From Bacteroidaceae bacterium (GTDB lineage Bacteria; Pseudomonadota; Alphaproteobacteria; RF32; CAG-239), in NCBI GenBank assembly GCA_963641885.1, contig CAVIDY010000006.1:5574-69573 (forward strand): a stretch of DNA of 64,000 bases, read 5' to 3'. The notes beneath the pieces are model-generated. The model worked only from the letters and a program-made list of their open reading frames with translations. It was not told the DNA's origin and searched no databases. Below, piece after piece: positions 40,577 through 48,167 of the stretch. Numbering within the stretch: the stretch's first letter is position 1; each line of letters begins with the position of its first letter. Both the position numbers and the translations under genes were made by a program.

Positions 40577-40708
40577 AATCTAAAAGTTTTTTGAAGTTAA
40601 TAATATTAAAAATTATAAAAAAGTGATGTTTTAGTACTCTTTTCACAGACAAAAGTCAAGAAAATTGCAAAAAAAAATATAAGTGTAATTTTTTTTATAA
40701 AAAAAGTG

Positions 40709-40737
40709 TTGCAAATAAAAACTTTATGCTTTATACA
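40709..40737 (+). promoter_or_regulatory. Putative promoter of tRNA-Lys
   Basis: TTGCAA-17 nt-TATACA, ending ~20 nt before the tRNA 5' end. Confidence 0.45.
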
Positions 40738-40756
40738 ATACATACATTGTTGATAT

Positions 40757-40833
40757 GCGTGCGTAGCTCAGTTGGCTAGAGCAACTGACTCTTAATCAGT
40801 GGGTCCAGGGTTCGAATCCCTGCGCGCGTACCA
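40757..40833 (+). tRNA. tRNA-Lys (anticodon CUU), CCA encoded
   Basis: Hand-folded cloverleaf: gcgtgcg-ta-gctc/agttggcta/gagc-a-actga/ctCTTaa/tcagt-gggtc-caggg/ttcgaat/ccctg-cgcgcgt-a-cca. The acceptor stem has two G-U pairs. Confidence 0.85.
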
Positions 40834-40842
40834 ATAACAAAG

Positions 40843-40866
40843 AAACTCCCTTTTGGGAGTTTTTTT
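40843..40866 (+). terminator. Rho-independent terminator of tRNA-Lys (copy 1)
   Basis: aaactccc-tttt-gggagttt stem-loop running into T7. Confidence 0.8.
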
Positions 40867-41015
40867 GTTATACGCGCAGTAAGGGAAAGAACCCTGGAAC
40901 GAAGGGTTCGACAAGGACGAGAGGCAGGCGGGAGCATGCCGGTGAGCGTCCGCGAACGAGGACGCAGCGGCGAAGTGAAACAAAGCCAATCCCTGCGCGC
41001 GTACCAATAACAAAG

Positions 41016-41039
41016 AAACTCCCTTTTGGGAGTTTTTTT
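41016..41039 (+). terminator. Identical terminator, repeat copy 2
   Basis: Same sequence as 40843-40866, shifted by 173 nt. Confidence 0.7.
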
Positions 41040-41188
41040 GTTATACGCGCAGTAAGGGAAAGAACCCTGGAACGAAGGGTTCGACAAGGACGAGAGGCAG
41101 GCGGGAGCATGCCGGTGAGCGTCCGCGAACGAGGACGCAGCGGCGAAGTGAAACAAAGCCAATCCCTGCGCGCGTACCAATAACAAAG

Positions 41189-41212
41189 AAACTCCCTTTT
41201 GGGAGTTTTTTT
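41189..41212 (+). terminator. Identical terminator, repeat copy 3
   Basis: Same sequence as 40843-40866, shifted by 346 nt. Confidence 0.7.
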
Positions 41213-41600
41213 GTTATACGCGCAGTAAGGGAAAGAACCCTGGAACGAAGGGTTCGACAAGGACGAGAGGCAGGCGGGAGCATGCCGGTGAGCGTCCGCG
41301 AACGAGGACGCAGCGGCGAAGTGAAACAAAGCCAATCCCTGTCAGCAACTTATAAAATACTACAAAAACACTACATAGAAGTCGCCGAAAACATAACCTC
41401 TATAATCGTTTAAGCTGCCAAATAAACACACTTATTCACAAGAACGAGCATGTTTATAGTTGATTTATTTTTGCTAAAACTATTTATCGTCTAGGCACAA
41501 AAACAATCTTCTGCTATGCTGAACATACATTTACACCGCCGCAGAACAACCTAAACAACTAATACATCTCCTTTATAGCAAACCAGCCGCTTCTTTTATT

Positions 41601-42311
41601 TTAATCGGCGCCCAATAAATCGCGGATAATCTCTCCAGCCATCATCAGTCCCACAACCGCTGGAACATAGGATATACTCCCAGGAGTCTGCCGTTTATTG
41701 CTGTCTTCTGCCGTTCCCAGCGGAGTAATAGCCGGTTCTTCAGAATAAACAACTTTAAAATGTTCTATACCGCGTTTGCGCAGCTCTCGGCGCATAACTT
41801 TCGCCAGCGGACAAACCGACGTTTTGCTTATATCCGCCACCTTAAAATCGCCAGCATTAAGTTTATTTCCTGCTCCCATAGCGCAAATAATCGGAGTATT
41901 TGCTTTTGCCGCCTGCTGCACTAAAGCGATTTTTCCAGCAACCGTATCAATTGCATCAGCCACATAATCATATTGGGCAAAATCAAAACTATCCGCAGTT
42001 TCCGGCAGATAAAAACAATTATGGCAAACAATTTTCAAATTCGGATTTATATCCAAAAGCCGCTGCTTAGCCGCCTCGGTTTTCAAAATGCCGATTGTGG
42101 AATGCAGCGCCAAAATCTGCCGGTTGATATTGCTTAAACTCACTACATCATTATCAACCAAATCAAGTGTTCCTACTCCGGCTCGAGCCAAAGCCTCTGC
42201 CACATAGCCGCCGACGCCGCCAAGTCCGAAAACCGCCACCCGTGAATTTTTAAGTTTTTCGGCACCTTCAGTGCCAATCAGCAATTCTGTACGAGAAAAC
42301 TGTGTAATCAT
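41601..42311 (-). CDS. tcdA: tRNA threonylcarbamoyladenosine dehydratase (ThiF/E1-like)
   Basis: 236 aa. VAVFGLGGVGGYVAEALARAGVGTLDLVDNDVVSLSNINRQ. Confidence 0.8.
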   Translation of the reverse strand: MITQFSRTELLIGTEGAEKLKNSRVAVFGLGGVGGYVAEALARAGVGTLDLVDNDVVSLSNINRQILALHSTIGILKTEAAKQRLLDINPNLKIVCHNCFYLPETADSFDFAQYDYVADAIDTVAGKIALVQQAAKANTPIICAMGAGNKLNAGDFKVADISKTSVCPLAKVMRRELRKRGIEHFKVVYSEEPAITPLGTAEDSNKRQTPGSISYVPAVVGLMMAGEIIRDLLGAD

Positions 42312-43978
42312 TTTTCCCTCTCCTTCTTCTTTTCACGGATAAAATCTTCTACTTCATCTTTTATAACTTCTTTGAGTTGCCCGTTTTGACGTTGATATTC
42401 AATAAATTGATATTCCTCAAACAAGTTGTTGCCATGCACAAAAAACACATCATTGCTATAATTTGGATTTGTTACTTTATACCCCAAATAATGCGCCGCC
42501 AATTCCGAAATTTCATAATGAGAAATCACACCTTTCGGCAAAACAGGGGCTTTCCCGTCCGCGCTGTATATAAAAAACGGCACGCGCATATCTTCCATAA
42601 CCAACTGATTATGTCCATACCGCCCGTCAGGCAGTCCCAGCATTTCTCCATGGTCAGAAGTAAAGATAAATTGCGAATTAGGTACATTCAAACGCTTAAA
42701 TTCATCAAGCAGCTGTCCTAATATGCTGTCTATATATAAAATTGCGTTTTCATAGGCTGCATTTTCCTCTTCAAAACGGCTGGAATCTTTAGGTTTGAAC
42801 ACATCAAATTCCGGATGATTTGCATAATTTTCCTCATAAGGCGAATGTACGCTCTTAAAATTCAAAACCACAAAATTTTTACCGTTTTTCAAATCAAGTT
42901 TTTTAAACATTTTCAGCAGCAAATCTTCTTTTTTGCGCTTAAATTTGCGCGGATTATGCTCGGACGTAACCATTTCATCAATATAGCGCACACCGATAAG
43001 GTTGGTTTGTTTCATATCGTACGCCGAATAAAAATAGGTTTTGAATCCGTTTTCCTTTGCCATTTTAAACAAGTTTGTGTCTTCCTCTTCCAGTTTTTGA
43101 ACATTCCCTGGCTCTTTCATCATATTGAAAAAAATCGGCAATGATGAATGGGTTGAAACCGCGCCTGAAATTGCCAAACTATAAGCAAAGCCTTTTTCAT
43201 CTTTCATTTTATCCAGCTGCGGTGTGGTTTGGCGGGCATTCGGATTAAACAGGTGCATTTTATCCGCACTAGTGCTTTCTCCCATAATCAGCACCACCAG
43301 CTGTGACGATTCCGGCAATCTTTCTATTTTATACGGCAAATAAAAATCCATCGGCACAATATCGTGAATATTTTTGCTGTCCGCTCCGTGCACGGCATAA
43401 AAAGAAAAAGAATTTATCGAATTATGAATGGAATATCTAGTTTCCGGCGGCAAAAAAGAATGCAATCCACGCCGCGTCGCCCGTTCCGGCTTTACGCCTA
43501 AAAAGATTATAACCGCCAAAATTCCGACAAATGAAAAATATAGTTTTTTCCGCCACTTAAACTCCATAAACAACAAAATTAAAAAAGGCAAAGCCGCCGC
43601 CACGGGAACAAACCAAAAATCATCTGCGCCTGATATACCAGCAGAATAAATATCATCAAACTCGTCAAAAACCTTGCCTATATCCAGCGGATTTATCGGA
43701 CGGGAAAAATACACAATATGTCCCAGCTGAATGGTTTGCATAAAAATAAAAAGTCCACAGCAAATTGCATAAACCCATATTCCGGCAAGTGAAAGGAAAA
43801 ATCCAAAGGCAAACATTACCAGCAAAAACACCACATCTGTCAAATAAACAATATTCGGCAAAAACGCCATAAACAAATAGTCCGGCGCCACCACCAAAGC
43901 TGCAAACAAAATTCCCATCAGTGCGTTATACTTCAGCTTGGGTAAAAAAGCTGAGATTTTACTAAAAAACTTCTTCAT
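42308..43978 (-). CDS. Phosphoethanolamine transferase (EptA/LptA-like, sulfatase superfamily)
   Basis: 556 aa. About 5 N-terminal TM helices plus a periplasmic sulfatase domain (VLIMGESTSADKM, FTSDHGEMLG). Overlaps tcdA by 4 nt. Confidence 0.75.
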   Translation of the reverse strand: MKKFFSKISAFLPKLKYNALMGILFAALVVAPDYLFMAFLPNIVYLTDVVFLLVMFAFGFFLSLAGIWVYAICCGLFIFMQTIQLGHIVYFSRPINPLDIGKVFDEFDDIYSAGISGADDFWFVPVAAALPFLILLFMEFKWRKKLYFSFVGILAVIIFLGVKPERATRRGLHSFLPPETRYSIHNSINSFSFYAVHGADSKNIHDIVPMDFYLPYKIERLPESSQLVVLIMGESTSADKMHLFNPNARQTTPQLDKMKDEKGFAYSLAISGAVSTHSSLPIFFNMMKEPGNVQKLEEEDTNLFKMAKENGFKTYFYSAYDMKQTNLIGVRYIDEMVTSEHNPRKFKRKKEDLLLKMFKKLDLKNGKNFVVLNFKSVHSPYEENYANHPEFDVFKPKDSSRFEEENAAYENAILYIDSILGQLLDEFKRLNVPNSQFIFTSDHGEMLGLPDGRYGHNQLVMEDMRVPFFIYSADGKAPVLPKGVISHYEISELAAHYLGYKVTNPNYSNDVFFVHGNNLFEEYQFIEYQRQNGQLKEVIKDEVEDFIREKKKEREK

Positions 43979-44095
43979 AAGTTCCTCATAATTTAGTCCG
44001 ATACCTGCTCTATAATATACTTTTTATACTTTGATAACAAAATAACGGCAACTATCCACATCTATAGCACCATACCGCTGCAAGCACAAGCCTAA

Positions 44096-44557
44096 TCAAC
44101 GAGAAAAACTAATGGCGTCCAACGCACCCTGCAATATATAAGCGGCGGCTGACGCGTCCAAAATCTTTTTGCGTTTACCGCGCGACATATCGACTTCTTC
44201 AATTAAAAAACGCTCAACCGCCGATGAAGACAACCGCTCGTCCCAAAAAATATACGGCAAATCGATTTCCTGCGCCAATTTTTCGGCAAACGACCGCACC
44301 TCTTGCGCAATAGCGCCTTCTTCACCGTTCATCTGCAAAGGCAAGCCGTAAACCAAGCCGCCGATTTCTTTTTCAGTAATCACTTTTTTGAGCTCAGCAA
44401 CATCTTTTTCCCATTCGCCGCGATATAAAATTTTGTACGAAGTAGCAATGCTGCGCCCCAAATCAGACACCGCCAGTCCCATTCTTTTAGAACCGTAATC
44501 CACCCCCAGCAAAGCTTTATATTTTGGCAAAACCGCCTTAAATTCTGCAATATTCAT
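44096..44557 (-). CDS. ruvX: Holliday-junction resolvase-like nuclease RuvX/YqgF
   Basis: LLGVDYGSKRMGLAVSD... I prefer the ATG at 44557, preceded by aagga-N6; the ORF track start is 44578. Confidence 0.85.
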   Translation of the reverse strand: MNIAEFKAVLPKYKALLGVDYGSKRMGLAVSDLGRSIATSYKILYRGEWEKDVAELKKVITEKEIGGLVYGLPLQMNGEEGAIAQEVRSFAEKLAQEIDLPYIFWDERLSSSAVERFLIEEVDMSRGKRKKILDASAAAYILQGALDAISFSR

Positions 44558-44721
44558 TATATTTCCTTTTTGTTTCAAAGCTATGCGGTTTATCCGCCAT
44601 TGTCAAGCCCCTAAAATTCTATATATTTATGTCCATAAACTCTTTTTTAGCTTTACTATTATTTACATTGCGTATATGGTAAAGACAGTTAAAATTTTAA
44701 TTAGTTCCAAAGGTAAAAGCA

Positions 44722-46041
44722 ATGAAATTAAAATATATTTTAGCCGCATTTTTAACATTGATTATTTCCCCTGCTCATGCGGAATTGGAAATTGATGTGC
44801 GCGGCGCAACTCGTAACCCTATGCCTATTGCCATTCCGGAAATGATTGGCAACAACGGCAACTTTTTTACTAAAATTATCGGCAATGACTACGGCGACAA
44901 AGTACGCGAAGTCTTGGTTGCAGACCTTGATCGCAGCGGATTGTTCAAAGTTTTGCCGACCAACAGCTATATTGAAACGCTGACCTCTATTGACCAGCAG
45001 CCAAAGTTTGTTAACTGGCAGGCAATAAAATCACAAGCCTTGGTGCAAAGCCAAATTGTCGAACTGCCGAATGAAAGAATCCGTGTAGATTTCCGTTTGT
45101 GGGACGTGGCGTCTGAACAGCAGCTTATCGGCAAATCTTTTACCACCACCAAAAGCAACTGGCGCCGAATCGCCCACGTTGTCGCCGATGCTATTTATGA
45201 GCGTCTGACTGGCGACAAAGGCTATTTCAACACCCGTATTGTCTATGTTTCGGAAACCGGTCGCGCCACACGCCGCATCAAACGTTTGGCAATGATGGAT
45301 CAGGACGGCGAAAATCATAAGTTCTTAACCGACGGCAGAAATTTGGTTTTGACGCCGCGTTTTTCACCGAATATGCAAAAAATTGCTTATTTGGAATTTG
45401 TAGGCAACAATCCGCGTGTTTATATGCTGGATTTGGACACCAATCGCCGTCAGGTTTTGGGCAACTTCCCTGGAATGACTTTTGCTCCGGTATTTTCTCC
45501 GGACAGTTCTAAAGTTTTGCTGAGTTACGCTAACCATGGCTCGACCAACATTTATGAAATGGATATCAGAACTCGTAAAACTCATCAGCTTACTTACGGC
45601 AGCGCAATTTCCACTTCGCCGAGCTACTCTCCGGACGGCAGCAAGATTGTATTCAACTCCGACCGCGGCGGCAATCAGCAGCTTTATGTAATGAATGCCG
45701 ACGGCAGCGACGTACAGCGCATCAGTTTTGGCAAGGGACGCTATGCTACTCCGGTATGGTCTCCGCGTGGCGACTATATTGCCTTTACCAAAATGGCAAA
45801 CGGCGCCTTTTATATCGGCGTGATGTATCCTGATGGTTCAGGCGAACGTATTTTGGCAGACGGCTATTTAGTTGAAGGTCCGACTTGGTCTCCAAATGGA
45901 CGAGTGCTGATGTACTTCCGCCAAGACAGAGGTTCTCCGGTACGTTTGTACAGCATTGACCTGACTGGTTATAACGAACGCCGTATTGTTACACCGGCAG
46001 AAGCTTCTGACCCAGCATGGTCGCCGTTGCTTCCGTTATAA
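44722..46041 (+). CDS. tolB: Tol-Pal system beta-propeller protein TolB
   Basis: 439 aa with a signal peptide and repeated SPDGSKI / [10 protein letters not shown] / [10 protein letters not shown] propeller blades. Confidence 0.9.
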   Translation: MKLKYILAAFLTLIISPAHAELEIDVRGATRNPMPIAIPEMIGNNGNFFTKIIGNDYGDKVREVLVADLDRSGLFKVLPTNSYIETLTSIDQQPKFVNWQAIKSQALVQSQIVELPNERIRVDFRLWDVASEQQLIGKSFTTTKSNWRRIAHVVADAIYERLTGDKGYFNTRIVYVSETGRATRRIKRLAMMDQDGENHKFLTDGRNLVLTPRFSPNMQKIAYLEFVGNNPRVYMLDLDTNRRQVLGNFPGMTFAPVFSPDSSKVLLSYANHGSTNIYEMDIRTRKTHQLTYGSAISTSPSYSPDGSKIVFNSDRGGNQQLYVMNADGSDVQRISFGKGRYATPVWSPRGDYIAFTKMANGAFYIGVMYPDGSGERILADGYLVEGPTWSPNGRVLMYFRQDRGSPVRLYSIDLTGYNERRIVTPAEASDPAWSPLLPL

Positions 46042-46080
46042 AAAACGGCATAAAAATGGTATAAAAACGACACTCAAAAA

Positions 46081-46105
46081 GCGGTTCCCAACGAACCGCT
46101 TTTTT
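46081..46105 (+). terminator. Rho-independent terminator of tolB
   Basis: gcggttc-ccaac-gaaccgc followed by T6. Confidence 0.8.
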
Positions 46106-46164
46106 CATACAATTCATACAATATTTTTATTGCAAACTAAATTTTTATCTGATAGTGTGGATTT

Positions 46165-46378
46165 ACACTTTAATAAAGGTGTGGGCTTTGAACGGCTCTT
46201 ATAGTATTCGGTGATGATGTAACACCGTTAAATCTTATATCCCAGATTCTGGTCTGGGGGCTTTTAGCGTATGTCCAAGAATGGTTTATCTCTGAAAGAA
46301 CATTCTAAAGGCTAAAAGAGTCATTTAATACTATATGATTGTTCAACTCCCTGACCACCTTTGTTATAGGTGGTTTTT
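46165..46378 (+). promoter_or_regulatory. Candidate structured 5' leader or small RNA ending in a terminator-like hairpin
   Basis: A possible TTGCAA-17-TAGTGT promoter lies at 46130-46158. Hairpins: cggtg/caccg (46209-27), cccaga/tctggg (46241-58), and nested cttttagc/gctaaaag (46261-318) with agaatg/cattct (46278-306). accacc/ggtggt+T5 (46354-78) lies just before the SD of the next gene. Confidence 0.3.
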
Positions 46379-46402
46379 AATTTTTATATGGAGCTTGAAC
46401 TT

Positions 46403-47008
46403 ATGAAAAAAACATTAATATTAACAACAGCATTGTTAACGTTAGTAACAGCGATTCCTAATTATTCTTATGCGGAAGACTTTGAAGAAATGTGGGAATA
46501 TCTAAATGATCCGGAAACTGCGGTATTTACACAACTAGTCAAAAACGCCAATAAAGCACAACGTTTTCAACAATTGGGCGAAATTCCCGAAATTGAACAA
46601 AACTTTATAAATTTGTTAGTAAAATATCAAAATGAAGTTTCTTCATCTAATGTAAAAAATGACATTCAAAAAAGAATGCTATTAAAGAAAAGAACCAAAG
46701 AATTAACCGAAGCAGATTTTAACGGTATAGCAAAAGATTGGGGTGGCTTTGTTAGTAACATTGAAACGTTGGGTGACAATATTCAAATTGATATTGAAAT
46801 TTCACCAAATATAACTTTGCGCTATACATCAAATATGAATGACCCACTGATAGATACAATAGCAGAACTGCAAGTCAATGATAAAGTAACATTTTCCGGC
46901 AAGCTAAAACCTAGCGATAGCTTAGGATTTCAAGAATACAGTTTAACAACAGTAGGCAGCTTAAAATCACCGGATTTTGAATTTAATGTAACAGAAATTG
47001 CAAAATAA
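46403..47008 (+). CDS. Secreted hypothetical protein
   Basis: I prefer the ATG at 46403, 9 nt after ggag. Signal peptide MKKTLILTTALLTLVTAIPNYSYA. No family recognised. Confidence 0.55.
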   Translation: MKKTLILTTALLTLVTAIPNYSYAEDFEEMWEYLNDPETAVFTQLVKNANKAQRFQQLGEIPEIEQNFINLLVKYQNEVSSSNVKNDIQKRMLLKKRTKELTEADFNGIAKDWGGFVSNIETLGDNIQIDIEISPNITLRYTSNMNDPLIDTIAELQVNDKVTFSGKLKPSDSLGFQEYSLTTVGSLKSPDFEFNVTEIAK

Positions 47009-47041
47009 TATTAAATTAGAAAGGATAAAAAATGTCCTTAT

Positions 47042-47458
47042 ATTAAAAAAACTTTAATACCTGGCGAAGAAGTAAAAGTTGTAGCTAAAAAACATATATT
47101 TGTATATAGGTGGGTTATTTTTTGGTTGTTATTAACGGTTATTTTTCTAGCAAATGATACACCGCTTTTTATATTAACTGGAATCTTTGCATTTTGGGCT
47201 TGGTTAAAAACAGCCACAACAGAAATGGTTTGCACAAACAAAAGAATTGTATGTCGTGAAGGTATATTATTTGTAAATGTAAATGAAATCCGAAATGCTA
47301 AAGTTGAATCCATAGAGTTAAAATATAGCATTTGGGGCAATATTTTTGGTTTTGCGACTTTGCACGCATCAGGTACTGGAACATCGCACGTTTTATTTAA
47401 GGATATAAAAAAGCCGTGGAAAATAAAAGCGGAAATAGAAAAAGTCATAAACGAATAA
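47042..47458 (+). CDS. bPH_2 (YdbT/DUF304-like) membrane PH-domain protein; 5' end ambiguous
   Basis: The frame is open from 47015 and reads ..YIKKTLIPGEEVKVVAKKHIFVY, then two TM helices, then TNKRIVCREGILFVNVNEIRNAKVESIELKYSIWGNIFGFATL.. The only well-placed SD-ATG (47032) is one nucleotide out of frame. Confidence 0.55.
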   Translation: MKKTLIPGEEVKVVAKKHIFVYRWVIFWLLLTVIFLANDTPLFILTGIFAFWAWLKTATTEMVCTNKRIVCREGILFVNVNEIRNAKVESIELKYSIWGNIFGFATLHASGTGTSHVLFKDIKKPWKIKAEIEKVINE

Positions 47459-47521
47459 ATCTGTTTACAGCTGAAAATATTTGTTTTATGTTTTCAGCTG
47501 TAAATTTTTTAGAGAAATGAA

Positions 47522-48076
47522 ATGTCTAAATTATACCGCTGTTTATATTTTATTTTTGCTTTAGTTTTGTTATTAACTGGTAAATTTTCCTTTGCTAAAA
47601 CTGACATTTACTTTTCACCGTCTACTAAATGCGAAAACAGCATAATCAAACTTATAAAACAGTCTGAAAAAAATATAGACATAGCTGTATATTCCATAAA
47701 TAACAAAAATATTGTAAAGGCTCTAAAAGACAGTCACGACAAAGGCGTAAATATCAGGATTCTAACAGATAAACAGCAAGCTGCATCTAAACATTCTAAA
47801 GTGTTGGAATTGTATAACTACGGCATAAATATCAGAGTTCATTCAAAATTTAAAATTGAACATAATAAATTTGCTGTTTTCGATAACAAATACGCTTCAA
47901 GCGGTTCATATAATTGGACAAACCCCGCTAGTTCAAAAAATAGTGAGAACTGCGTATTTTTTATCCGTAATAAAAAAGCCGTTGTTTCTTATCAAAATAG
48001 GTTCAATTACTTATGGCGTATTAACACTAAGCAAAAATCCGAAAATTGGTTTAAACGAAAAAATATTCACGATTAG
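47522..48076 (+). CDS. Secreted phospholipase-D-family endonuclease (Nuc-like, single HKD motif)
   Basis: 184 aa with a signal peptide. HNKFAVFDNKYASSGSYNWT is HxK(x)4D plus GSxN. Confidence 0.8.
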   Translation: MSKLYRCLYFIFALVLLLTGKFSFAKTDIYFSPSTKCENSIIKLIKQSEKNIDIAVYSINNKNIVKALKDSHDKGVNIRILTDKQQAASKHSKVLELYNYGINIRVHSKFKIEHNKFAVFDNKYASSGSYNWTNPASSKNSENCVFFIRNKKAVVSYQNRFNYLWRINTKQKSENWFKRKNIHD

Positions 48077-48167
48077 TTTTCATACACAAAATTAACCTGT
48101 TGCTAAACAATTTTTGCTATATATTTAAAGCATAAGTATTTAACAATTTTTGTGAAAGGAAACAACT

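Larger units (their letters stand above)
40815..41341 (+). repeat. Tandem array of 3 identical 173-bp units plus an 8-bp partial unit, starting in the T-loop of tRNA-Lys
   Basis: The units start at 40815, 40988 and 41161, and a base-by-base comparison found no differences. aatccctg recurs at 41334 and the sequence then diverges. Each unit is a tRNA 3' end, a terminator and a GC-rich core. Confidence 0.95.

Noticed and set aside
40903-40978. tmRNA-like motifs in the repeat core. GGTTCGAC resembles tmRNA GGAUUCGAC, and GCATGCCGG resembles GCAUGCCG in E. coli ssrA PK1. The frame GCG AAC GAG GAC GCA GCG GCG AAG TGA (A-N-E-D-A-A-A-K-stop) resembles the start of an ANDE... tag. The order CCA end, then loop, then 5' strand recalls the permuted two-piece alphaproteobacterial ssrA.
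   Set aside because: The unit is only 173 nt and has no PK2-PK4. It has no intact T-arm outside the genuine tRNA. There is no G3-U70 alanine identity pair in the acceptor-like stem. The putative tag ends in AAAK rather than a hydrophobic (L/V)AA degron. GGTTCGA is also simply T-loop-like. ARAGORN or the Rfam tmRNA and alpha_tmRNA models would settle it; I expect no hit.
40936-41010. A 24-codon plus-strand ORF in each repeat unit (ATG CCG GTG ... TAC CAA TAA, giving MPVSVRERGRSGEVKQSQSLRAYQ). Its stop codon directly follows the tRNA-like CCA.
   Set aside because: No convincing SD at proper spacing: gggag ends 1 nt before the ATG. The ORF sits downstream of a strong terminator and within strong secondary structure. 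There is no independent support.
40776-41335. Minus-strand ORFs of 73-155 aa running through the tandem array (MLLVRAQGLALFHF..., MALFHFAAASSF...). Because 173 = 3 x 57 + 2, successive units are read in all three frames, which raised the idea of a concatemer-encoded never-ending ORF.
   Set aside because: The third frame hits a TAA in ...gcgcgtaTAAcaaa, so the reading frame is not endless. The starts are TTG or internal. I saw no SD. The peptides are low-complexity Arg/Ser/Pro/Ala strings of the kind expected from reading GC-rich non-coding DNA. They also overlap a tRNA and three terminators.
40815-41341. CRISPR array or classical tRNA-integrated genomic island.
   Set aside because: The units are contiguous, with no unique spacers, and at 173 bp they are far longer than CRISPR repeats. 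There is no cas gene, integrase or excisionase in the window. The distal end lacks the full tRNA 3' end that an attR site would retain.
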